A DNA stretch of 64,000 bases from Perna viridis (lineage: Eukaryota), in assembly GCA_037379345.1 (NCBI GenBank), contig CM074516.1, forward strand, positions 36,555,626 through 36,619,625. The letters run 5' to 3'. The notes under the pieces were generated by a model. That model searched no databases. It saw only the letters and a program-made list of their open reading frames with translations, and was not told the origin of the DNA. Position 1 is the stretch's first letter. Each line of letters starts with the position of its first letter. The position numbers and the translations under genes were made by a program. Shown here in pieces: positions 1-53,566 of the stretch.

Positions 1-1380
1 GAGACTAATTTTGAGAAAGTCAACTGATTACCAAAGTCTGGTCCTCTTAAGGCCTGTTGTGATGACACCCACCGGAGCTAAAGAAGAAATACCTGTGGGG
101 TGCATTATTGCCGTTGTAATTGTAGTGGCATTGGTGTATTACGGGCGGTGTCAGAGAATAAGTATATTAGCAAAAAAATATATATTATGCTTTTGTCAGT
201 GTCAGTTGATTATTTTAGAATAAGAATATAAACTCAAACATTTCTAGAATAATTATGTTGTTGATGCTTTCCCTTTTTCTGGTAATACATCGTTTGAAAG
301 GCAATAAAAAGCTTTCTTTACCATGGTCAAATTAAAAAAAGAATTGCTTGGGTCTAGTACAAATTATCTAGTTTCTAATGGAATCTATTATATTTACTGA
401 TTTCATATCAAATTATCTGCCTCAACAAAAACTTTTAACCGGGTTACAAAAGATATTCATCTTTTAATTCTTATTCATTATGTCCAGAAATCTTGGTTTT
501 TCAATCAATTTTGACATTTTTGGCCCCAAAAATAAAGAAAAATTGAGAAAAACGCATTTTGACACCATTTCACACCTTATTTTAGCTAACTCTAGCTATA
601 TATTACCAACAATAATGTTTTACAGATTATGCCAAATTTGACGTTAGTGAGAACCAGGACCTTTACCGGAACAAACATAACCCAAAAGTCGACTATCATA
701 TATATCAGGTAATGAGTGTCAGAATTTTATACAGTCCAGCGTGCGGTACGGGATTTGGTCAATATGTTGCCCGGTAATTCAGGTTTTGTTTCAGAAATTT
801 TACTTTAAATGTTATCCAAATAACTGTTTTCTTCTTACTACGAAGTGTTTCTATGATAATAAGTGAGAATATAGTAAGTCATATCAACAGCAATGACATC
901 AAAATTCCTCAATGCCTTATATAGATTCTTTTTCCTCTTAACTGAAGTGTTGCCTCTGTGTAAACATTCAAGAAGAAAATTTTGTTCTACCCATAGCCGG
1001 AAGTATGTCTGTCTCGCATGATCATGGACTAGCCGGCATTCAGACGAAAGGGTTGATTAACAAACGCGACTTGCGCATTTTGAAATAACTCAGTAAATAA
1101 AACTCATTATCAGAAGAATTCATATTGATAAATCAATTGTTAATACTACAGATATAGAAATACAAATAACATATGTTACAGTAAGACTTACATTTAATGA
1201 CTTCGAAGTACTGTAATTCGATAAAACTAGATATAATCACATACAAATAAATTTCAGTTCTTGATCTAACGGGCAGCTCGAAATAAACTTTCTACTGGTA
1301 AAATGTCATTGACCTCTTATTAAGGTATGTGATGTCCTGGTCTCTTCATTTTATTGTCTCCTAGTTTGATGTTGTCTTGA

Positions 1381-1452
1381 TTTTGTTTTTTGTTTTTGTT
1401 TTTGTTTTTTGTTTTTGTTTTTTTTGTTTGTTTTGTTTTGTTTTGTTTTTTG
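1381..1452. repeat. (TTTTG)n-type microsatellite
   Basis: Direct inspection. Confidence 0.9.
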
Positions 1453-1462
1453 TCAATTCGAC

Positions 1463-1646
1463 TACTGCAAACTCACTAATTTTCGCGGTGGTCAGAAGCC
1501 GCGAAATATTGTACCCGCAAAATGGATTTTAACACTATAAAGCGCTAATCATATTTTTGAAATTGCGAAAATTGATACCCGTGAATATGTTCATTTGACA
1601 GAATCTGCAAAAATTAGCAAGCGCGAAAATTAATACGTTCACAGAA
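1463..1646. mobile_element. Small MITE (TACTG...CAG termini, CGCGAAAAT subterminal motifs)
   Basis: Imperfect inverted ends ctgcaaactcactaattttcgcg / cgcgaaaattaatacgttcacag; repeated (C)GCGAAAAT. Confidence 0.6.
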
Positions 1647-2648
1647 TCCGTATTCTATTTTTGTTCCTTTGTATACGTGTTTACTTTGTTTCATATAACT
1701 TTGTTATTTTGTTTTTGTTTTGATTTTGTCAAATTTTCCTTTTATTATTTTTGTTGGTTTAATATACCAACTTCACAAAAAGACGATATGTAGCCGCTTT
1801 CAATAAAACGTCAGTGTGTCCAGTGAGTGGATTCTGTTTTTGCAGGCAGTTATTCTACTTACTCCACTTCACATTTTTTACATGCAATCAGGAATTCAGT
1901 TCATCGGAGACTAAATGTGTGAGTTACGCGTGGTTTGTACTAGATAGGTAAGTCTTAAATGAAATGATAAATCAACAAATGTACCGTACAGCAATGAAAC
2001 AAGATAACCAGGAAAATCCTCTCAAACAAATCAAAACACATATACTTTGAAATTTTATAATACTTATTATAGAATATTATGGGATCAATGATTTTTGAAA
2101 TTAAAGTCTTGAATTTCCTTTTTTTCAAACAGCATTTATACTAATTTTATAGCTCTAAATAATCCTTTTATTCTCTTATCTCTCATCTCGTATCTCATAT
2201 CTCTGCATCCCATACTTTTCCCAATCTGATAAAGACAATTTAATCGTAAACCTTTGAAAGGAATTATCTTAAAACCCCGTAAACCTCTGCTTGAATTATA
2301 CATTGAATCTTTGCATGGATGATCCAAGAGTTAAAATATACTTATTATGCAAAAAAATATAACTTGACGTGAAAATATGCACATGTGTAACTATTCTCCT
2401 GAAGACAAACAAACGAAGATCAAGTTGTAATTAAAAATATTTGTTGTATCTACTTCAACATTTATAATAGTTTTGTAAAAGATTATTGATATGTTATTTC
2501 AGTACATTAAAAATTTAGATATTGGTTATTAGAAACAGTTAAATACTATTTTCCATTCATTTAAAAATCTTTAAACAAGAGTAATATCATATGAAATAGA
2601 AGTCATAACATTTCCTCATTTACAAATCCCTGGATTATATTCTTTCGA

Positions 2649-2835
2649 TTACCGCTATAACCTTGGTTCCATTGATTACTCTTTGTTTACCGCTATAACC
2701 TTGGTTCCATTGATTACTCTTTGTTTACCGCTATAACCTTGGTTCCATTGATTACTCTTTGTTTACCACTATAACCTTGGTTCCATTGATTACTCTTTGT
2801 TTACCACTATAACCTTGGTTCCATTGATTACTCTT
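2649..2835 (+). repeat. 38-bp tandem repeat x5 derived from the 3' end of the Penelope-like element
   Basis: Unit TTACCGCTATAACCTTGGTTCCATTGATTACTCTTTGT; matches 57170-57205 and 24855-24890. Confidence 0.9.
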
Positions 2836-5835
2836 ACAAAATTAGAAATCTGAGTAGCTATTGCAATAAAACAAAACCTTTTTTGAAAATGTTTGATTCC
2901 ATGTAATATAATCTAGGTTCCGTCTGGAAAAATTGTAAAACTATATTGAAGTCATAATTTAAATATGGGCCCCAAAAAAACGAAATGATTTCAGATTTGC
3001 TCTACCGATTGATGAGAGTAATTACAGTTTTATTACTTTACAAAACTTAAATGTAAATGTATTGAAACAAACGAAAAACTTAAACACAAATAAAAAACAT
3101 CACTTATAATGCTGACCCTATATAAAGGAGTGATTTAAAGCAATCTTGATGACTACCTGACTATTCTTGATAACAAAAATCCATAAAATTCGTAAAAGAT
3201 GAACTCTGACAGTCAGTCAGTTGCTTTATGGGCAATAATTACGATAAACCATACAACGTTCTTACCTCTTTTCTTGGTTTCCCTATGGCGAATGTCTTCT
3301 TGTAGATCTAACCAAATTCTGTCAAATGGTAGATATATTCGGCAAGTATTATAAACATCTGATTAATACATTATGTGATGAAAACCAACCACCAACATAT
3401 CTACATCACACTATTACAACATTGAAAACACTGTTAGTGACACTTACAAAAGAAAATGTTAATCCGTCAATGCACTCCAAAACGATAAAAACCCAATTTG
3501 AAACATCTGTTTATAGCTATAGCAAATGCTAAAAGATCTTTGTTGTCACTAAAACACACATATCATGGACTAATAGGCTCATTTATTTTTTTCCAACAAA
3601 AAAATAGTATGAAAAATCAGATAACCTTGTACAGCAATTTGCTATTATCCAAAGCTTTTTTGTAGGAAATTTGAATTTCTAAGATTGTCTTTGAAGATGT
3701 AGGAGACAAAGACCTGTAGTATGTTATATGCTACATGTAGTCAATTTACTCTGTCAATAATGTTTTCGTCAGCTCCAATCGTTGTACATATCATGATGCC
3801 TACAAATGTTCTATTCTGTCTTCATCTTTGTTTCTTGGTGTCAAAAGTCGTTTTGCCAGATGGAAAAGAATGGTATAATCTTCACGGCAAAATTAGCAAC
3901 TGCCAGTCATCATTATCAAGGGTAAACATCCATATTTAATACCTATTATGACATTGAAAATGTAAGTGATATATATATTATTTTTAAAAAAAACTTTGTA
4001 CGGTAAAATCACTGTGTACAAATTCAGGTTGTATTTTAAAATGTCTCAGTAAGTTACATTTTTTCTTTCTGATTAAACACCAAACGCAAACTCTGTATAT
4101 TTGAATCATCAGATTTTTCCATGGTCATTTCACTTTACCAATACAGAATATTAAGATGATGGATTTGTCTTGTGAAAACAATTGGATGTATCAGATATCT
4201 CTTGTCAGCAGCCTTCAGTTGAATAAAACAACAACAGCTTTAAACATTTCCTGACATGGTCTTAGATGTAGCAAATGTCATTTTCATCATACCAGAAATT
4301 CAGTGCGATGACAAACAATAAGTTGTAGTTAAAAGTGACATTTTTATATAATATTGCTTATTACATTTTTGTAAATGCAGGTACGATGTAATATCGTAAT
4401 CTGAATTTGTGAATCAAAATAAATATTAATATATTTAGGCATTAGTTAAAAATTGTTATGTTTATAAAAGTTGTAAATTGTGTTTTAACATGAAACAATT
4501 GTGTAAGAATATAAAATGCAATGGTTAGGTTACAAACATGAAATAAACCATTCCTTTGCTTTAGAAACACATTACATTATCACTGAAAATTTAAAAGAAT
4601 ATGTATAAATGTCATTGCAATAAAAATTTCGTTGTACAATTGTACAGATAGAAACACAATATCTGTGGTATCAATCTTGTATCTCATTTTCATATAATTA
4701 TACTGAGTGCGCTGATTGTCATTTTACTTTTATTGAGTTTTGCGAACTACAAAAATTGAAATGACATTATATCCCAACGGAACATCAGATGGTGCGTATT
4801 ATTCCTCGTGGTAATCTATATACAATAAATAGCATTATAATTGACGTATGATATTCACATGTCTTATATCAGATGATCGGTTAATAATTTCATATATATT
4901 GTGATTACCAATTATTGTATGTTTCAGACTAGAAGCGATTTTAATGTCTGATGATTCGAAATTGTCTACATTTTATCATTCTTACGTTACCTAAGTAATC
5001 AAAAAGAGCGTCCAGTCTTAGTTTGTCCTTTGGTTGTTGCGCATTTGAGATAAAAAAATATATATAGATTGTACATGAAATTGGCATTGTTCAAGAGTTG
5101 TCGCTCTTGATTTGATTTGATTTGATTAAATTTGATTTGTTTGTTCTATGTTGGAGAAAAATGTATGGTTTTCTGAAAAGTGTAGATCTGAATACAGAAA
5201 TGATTATCGTTATGTGAACTTATAGCATATAAAGAATAAAGGGCATCGATTGCTTGGTGGGTTTTTCTACACCATGAATCACTTTACCATTGGCAGTGTC
5301 GGAATTTTATGTGGACTGGTACTTAGATATCTAATAAGTCTTTTTGATCGACCACAATGCAAGTTAGGTGAACAGGAAAAAAATGCATGGCTACTAGCAA
5401 ATAAATTTTTAATTTACTTCGTCCGTGGATGTATAGTATACCTACCTACCTACCTATCCACTTGTCCTATGTGTGACATAAGTTCACTGCAACAACTTCC
5501 TCTCATACACTGTATGTTATACATGGTTTTATTGGTAAGTCTACATTTGAGAGCCGAGCTGTATGTTCTGAACCTCAACATAAGAAGCATTCATTAACAG
5601 TAGTTGTAACACTGGACTGCTTTATTGATAATGTCGTGAAGTCTGGCAGAAGTTGAGTTTGCCTGTGTAGATCTTGTCAGACAGTCTTTTCTTAGTTCCG
5701 ATGATATGCTAAAGTTTGCTCTTACTTCAATGCAATTTGATTTTACAATCAGTTGCTCTACTTGTAATGATCTTAGCCATGATCAGATGAGTAAATCAAC
5801 ATAGATTTTTATGGTATTTTTACAATGATCAAATT

Positions 5836-5987
5836 NNNNNNNNNNNNNNNNNNNNNNNNNNNNNNNNNNNNNNNNNNNNNNNNNNNNNNNNNNNNNNNNN
5901 NNNNNNNNNNNNNNNNNNNNNNNNNNNNNNNNNNNNNNNNNNNNNNNNNNNNNNNNNNNNNNNNNNNNNNNNNNNNNNNNNNNNNNN
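5836..5987. other. Assembly gap (152 N)
   Basis: Run of N. Confidence 1.
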
Positions 5988-6520
5988 TTTCCAAGAAGAC
6001 AACGCCCAAAACCAATAACATCTTTCAACTGATTTATTATTATGTCCATTGAATGCTCTCTGATAGTTATATGTTGCAGCCAGTAAATAGTAATCAGAAT
6101 CCAGATTAATGACATACATCCTTGGGTTTTATCTGATTTTACTTCAAATTACCAAGTCGCTAGTTGCTCATTGGAAACAGATTCCAAATATCCATTAGAA
6201 GATTTTTAGTTTTTAGTTTTCATTTTATCATTTTACAAGAAATTCCAGTCAATCTTAGTATACTTCAAAAAGGTTGATGTATCATTCATAATCTCTACAA
6301 AACTAAATCAAATTTATGAAAACTAATAGAATCACGCTTTCATGTCCTGTAGCATAATAGAATAAACTATTGGACTTGATTATCGTAAATGGTCACCGAC
6401 ACTTACAAGATGCAGCTTCATGTCCGATCACAAATGCGATACATATAAATACATGTACACATGTTATTCATAACAGATCTGGAAGAAAATGAGCTGCCAA
6501 AGAGGGATGATATAGAAATG

Positions 6521-8042
6521 AGGTCTCACTAATTGCCGACAAGAAGCGACAAGAAACTGATTTAGCGACAAGAAACTGGAATTAGCGATAAGAAACTTTG
6601 AATTAGCGACAAGAAACTAAAACAAATACCGATAAGAGGAGATAGAATATATTTATTTGCTGTTTGAATAATGAAAAAAAAAATTAAATTAATTATTTTT
6701 TTTAATAGGAAAACAAAAAATGGAGAAAATTGTAAGAAGTTATATTAAAAATGAAACTTTTGTACATGCATGGTTGATATGAATTTTCCATGTAAGGTTA
6801 AAAATACAAAAGTTAGTGACAAAAGAATGAAGATGAAATGATTCTTTGAGCCAAATAAATTTTGTAACTTTAATAATAAACCCATCTGTATATATCAAAA
6901 TTTCCTATCCTATATTGCGTTATACACGTGCTTAAAGTTAACCAAATATCCAAAATGATTATTGTGTTTTTCTTTTAATTATTTTTGTTTAGTTTAAAAT
7001 AAAGTAAATGTGTTTAAACAATTTAAAATGCATGTATAAGATGAGTTTTGGCTTCAGTCAGCTTGGTAGAAAAATAAGTTCTGTACTAGTAACCCTTTGA
7101 ACGTAAATGACTAATAAGACAACCACGATTAGAATCATCAACAGTGTTTTTACTTTACTTAGTTTTCTGGTCTATGGCTTCATAAATTATGATGCTAAAA
7201 AAACTTATTACGGCCAATATTCTTTTTGATTTTTACATCAAAATAATCAGTGTGTTTGATTCTGAAAGTTACAACAACAATTCTAGCTACCAAGACTCTT
7301 GATTGTGAGATCAAAGGGTGAGTGGCTTCTTTTAGGTAATTAATATCATAACTACCTAAATTAACGATTTGGCAACCCACGTGAGGGGGGAAGCCCAAAT
7401 ACCACCATAAGTCAGTGATTAACACCTTGTTGACTGGCGGGTGGATGAATGTCATAATTAATCCGATTGGCTACTATGCGTAAATATACAAATCTATCGG
7501 AATTTATAATGATCTGTAATCCTGACATATCTGCATTCTTTAAGAATGATTTCAAATATTTTTTAAAAATAAAAATAGCATATAATATCAAAGAAATAGA
7601 TAACATATATCTTAAACTTTTGATAAAACATAGCATTTTTAAACTGAAATCTTTGCAAATTACGTTATTTTTCACCCTTTTCATCAATTTATTTCTTTAT
7701 CATATTTTAAAATGTCATTTATAATGATATATTTGATTAATAGTAGTTTCTCGAAATTTTAAACATTATAAGGCAAATTTTTACCAGAGACATTAATGAG
7801 TATTAATGTCTCTGTTTTTATCAACTTTGCATGTACATTTTTTTTAAATATAACCAAGGATTTATTATTTCTTACAATTATTTCTATTTTTTTCATCTTT
7901 TTTTTATTTCAAACCACACATAAATATAGTCTCTCTCCTCTTGTCGGTATTTTTTAGTTTCTTGTCGCAAATTCAAACTTCTTTTCGCTTCTTGTCGCTA
8001 AATCAATTTCTTGTTGCTTCTTGTCGGTAATTAGTGAGACCG
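6521..8042. mobile_element. Non-autonomous DNA transposon (MITE-like), ~140-bp TIRs, 8-bp TSD
   Basis: TSD TAGAAATG at 6513-6520 and 8043-8050; termini (A)GGTCTCACTAATT...AATTAGTGAGACC(G); subterminal GCGACAAGAAAC repeats; AT-rich non-coding interior. Confidence 0.88.
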
Positions 8043-9001
8043 TAGAAATGCATTCTATTAATATCCAAATGAGGTCACCTTTTTGTTGAAAACTTACTGC
8101 TTTTAATTTAATTATTTTTCATTAAAATTCTACGTTTTCTTTTTCTAAAAATTTCTCCATATATGCACATCAATATTCATATTAAAATGTAGTTACATGT
8201 TAATTCTAAATTATTCTATATTATTCTAAATTGAGAAAAAACACAAGAGACTGTCAAAGCAGATGCATAAATCATAAAATATGCAAATAAGGACAAATAA
8301 TATGCATAAAACAGCTTAAGACGTATTTATTGAAAATTAAAGATATAGAATAAAATGTAACAAGATGGTGAGTTTTCGTCGTCAGTTTCGTATTTCGCAT
8401 CGTTAAAATTGTTTTTAAACTGACGAATTTCATTCTATTATTCCAAAATTATCTTGACATACAACGAATTGAATTACAAGATTAATTAATTAAAAATTTG
8501 TGTTTTTACTTTGTGAATTTGTTTTTCGAGCCTTTTGGGACCGCCAAATAAAATATGATATTCTGACTTCAGACCGCGAAGAACAATTTGAACACTGTGT
8601 CATGTGGAGTTTCGTCAAGCGGGTTCCAGAAATAACAAAAAGAGCAAATTATGCAACTCTTGTGAGTCTTTGCTTTTAACGTTTGAACTTGAATTTTCAA
8701 AATTTACATCATGGAAAACTTTTACAATAGGTCTAAGTTAAAGCACATTTGAAATATACCAACATCGACATGTATCTGTTGTGGTATTCCAGTCCATACA
8801 TTTTCAAATTTTAACTGTTCGTTTTCATATTAATGTACATTTGTAAGTACACAACTCGGACCTCAGAATTTGATGTCCCACAAAAAGGCATGTATATGGA
8901 GCAATTCGAAGTTAAAAAAGTCAATGTACTGTTTTATTTATGTGAAGCTAACTTTTGAAACATGAAAACAAACATGGAACAAACATGTTAACGATGGAAT
9001 A

Positions 9002-50369
<41,368 letters not shown>

Positions 50370-52392
50370 TTAAAGAAAAAGCTTACAAACGTACGATGTG
50401 TATATATATGAAATAAATTTTACACTACTATACTTAAATGAATGACGAACGCCTTTGTAAAAGTACTTGCCAAGATACACTATCCATTATAACACTTTAT
50501 AAAAGCCCTTTAACAGTAAAGAATAAGCATGCTATATCCTGCCACAATAACAAGCATTCCATAGCAATTAAAATTATAAGTAATGTCCTGAAATGATAAA
50601 AGGCTTATTCTTGGAAGGTCGATATGTCCCAACACCTGTCGTAGGAAAATATCATTTCTGTTACGGAATTCTTCCGTCCCGCGGGATTTTTATTTTACCA
50701 ATACTTCATTCGCTAAAATCCCACACAGTGGAACAACTATCCAATAGACTTTAACAATCGATTCCAAGCTAGGCTTTATTTACAGGGTACATTGTCTGTT
50801 TACTAAAGAGGAAATAGCACTAACAGCAATCTTTTTCCAATAATGGAAACTACCATTATAGAAAGATGGACAAATATTTTGGTATCATAATTCTAGAGTT
50901 TATTACTTCATTCCAAACATTTATTGGGCAAATTTATTATACTGTTCGATGTGATTTATAATTCATGTTTTCTGATTGGAAATTCATCGATTTGAGCCTG
51001 TTTTGAAATCAAATATTACATATTCTTGTAAAATATACATGGAATCGTCTTAATATCCGATAGTTTGAAAATGTAATCCGATGGAATCATTAAAGGTATC
51101 AGAAAAATATATATTTACCTTCATTTTTGTCCATGTAATCTCGAAGTACGTTTTCATACATATACTAATATTTGAAAGTATGATACTAGTAATCGATGCA
51201 CTCCGTCCTATTTAAAATTCAAATATATTTTCCGAATACTTGTTGAATTCAATTTTTCTTCGTGATACGTTATAGCACTTAGTAACAATATAACTAAGAT
51301 AAAAACTATATCAAGCGCAACAAAACTGTTATACTAAATGTTCGACTTTGTATATAATTAACACTACCGGATAACACTTATAATCAATTACATAAAACAT
51401 GTACTTATGATTATGAAACCTGATGATAACCCACCAAGGTCATACTGAACAATCAGATCTTAAACCATAATCCCATTATTATAGACCATTATATAATTAC
51501 CATACCAATGGTATTAATTTTGTAATTCTTTATGAACATTCAATATGTATGAATACTGATCGCAAAGCTCATGATGAATTGTTATAACTATGAACATAAA
51601 CCTGACTGACCCTTTTGGAACCCGACAAGATGGTCAATAAGATTACTAATGAGCACCATATGATGCCCAGTAATAATTATTTGTAGAAAAGAAAATAAAA
51701 AAAGTAGCAAGAGAGGAATTCCGCCTGTAATCACTGACCAGGTCAAGATACATATAATTCATACTTTCTTGTTTGTAAAAAGTTAGGGAAACAATGTTTC
51801 AGACAGCCATTTCATGGTTGTACATACACCTGATAAGCTTTATTTTCATTGTAATTACCGAAATCTTCACCTGATTTCCTGTAGTTCAAAGAGTGCAACT
51901 TGGCAACACATGATATTTGAGACTAAAGTCTATGTTAAAACGTATTTTGGGTCATTTCCAGGACTCCTTCCATTACATGTACTCCTCCATCTAGTAAAAA
52001 TACGGCCTATATCAAAAGTCGCTAAATACTGAAATAATATAAATGCAAGTATGTAAAGTATGACCTTGTTTAAACAAAAGCATTTTGTTCGAAAAAAAAA
52101 TTCGGTAACACATTTTAATTATTATCTAAATTATAATCACTTTCAGTCGGGAATATCCAATTCATAATTATGCAATGTTCCTCGATTTGAAAAAAAAAGA
52201 TTAAATAAAATGAAGGCAAGAAATCTTTTCTTCAAGTTAATTACGTCACGACATTTGTGGCTCGGACCCATTGTATTGTGGGCATGCGCGATTAAAATGG
52301 CAGTAAAATTTAAACAGAGAAAAAAATATCGCGAAAATTGTAAATAATTTATAGTGAAAGACATTGTTATGGATTAATATTTATATGAAGTG

Positions 52393-53566
52393 ATGACCAA
52401 AAAGCGGAAGAAGAAGATACATAACGACAGAGGAAACATTACAAGCGGGAGCTCGAGTTCTGATCAACAAAAACCACCGGCTAAAACAAATAAAGGAAAC
52501 AAAGGAAAGTGTCAAGAAAACGATAAGGTACTTTTATCGAAGACAATTAGTGAAGCATTAGCCTGTGTAAACGGTGAAAACCGTTCACATTACGATCAAT
52601 ACACCATGAATTCAGGTTTTCAGTGTACAAGTTCGCCCATACATTCGAATGTTTCATATCAACCGTATCCACAGTTTCCACAATTTCCAAGCACTCCCCC
52701 GCCGCCTCCCCCTCGACCACCAATATCGCTCGGGATCGAAACATTACTTTTAGAGATGAATGATAGAGTGAAAGGGGTCGAAAATAAACTGACAAAACTC
52801 GATTCAATAGAGCAACGTATAAATACTGTTGACACGAAATTCAAAAACGTTGAAAAAGAGTTGACTCAATGTAAGGACAGAATACGTACTCTAGAAGAGA
52901 GCGCCCAGTTTTTGTCAAATGTCCATGATGAGTAAAAATCGATCAAAAGTAAACTAGATAATCTAACGAAGGCAATAGAATCAAACAAATGCATGAATAA
53001 AGATGTTGAATATGTCAAAGATAGACTTGTCGATGTTGAAATGCAACATTTTAAGAACAATTTACTTTTTTTCGGTATAGTCGAAAAACCGATGACGAGC
53101 GACGTTATGGACACGAACGAGAGCGAGGAGAAGAGAGATGCCACGGAGATAGGTAACACACAAGCAGAAAGACCACAAACCGAAAATCGAATTCAAAAGG
53201 AAAAAACCGATGAAAACTGTGTTGAGCAAATTCTCGATTTTTGCGAAAATATGCTAAAGATTAAAAACGCGAAAAACGCGTTACGCATCGAAAGTGCCTT
53301 CCGACTAGGGAAGAAGAAAACGAATGCAGAAAAGCCCAGGCCAATTGTCGTGAAATTCGATTCATTAACTGATAGAGACTTAGTTAGCAAAGTGTCAAAT
53401 CGTTTAAAAGGCTCTAAACTTGGGATCAGTCCGCAATATCCACCCGAGGTTCTAGAAAAAAAGGAAAAAACTTCTTCCTATATTGTTTCAGAAGCGACGG
53501 GAAAAAATTAAGGCGTATCTTGTGGACGACAAGTTGTTCGTGGAAGGAAAGTTATGGGAGGGATAG
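52393..53566 (+). pseudogene. LINE ORF1 (coiled coil + RRM-like, L1/Transposase_22-type)
   Basis: Coiled coil, NNLLFFGI, RIESAFRLG, PRPIVVKF, GISPQYPPEV, KAYLVDDKLFVEG. One in-frame TAA (52933) and a +1 shift in the A7 run (53456-53462). Confidence 0.85.

Noticed and set aside
4943-4972. Hammerhead-like CTGATGA-TTC-GAAA-TTG-TC
   Set aside because: No helix II and helix I out of register
5783-6119. ORFs spanning the N run
   Set aside because: Artefacts of the assembly gap
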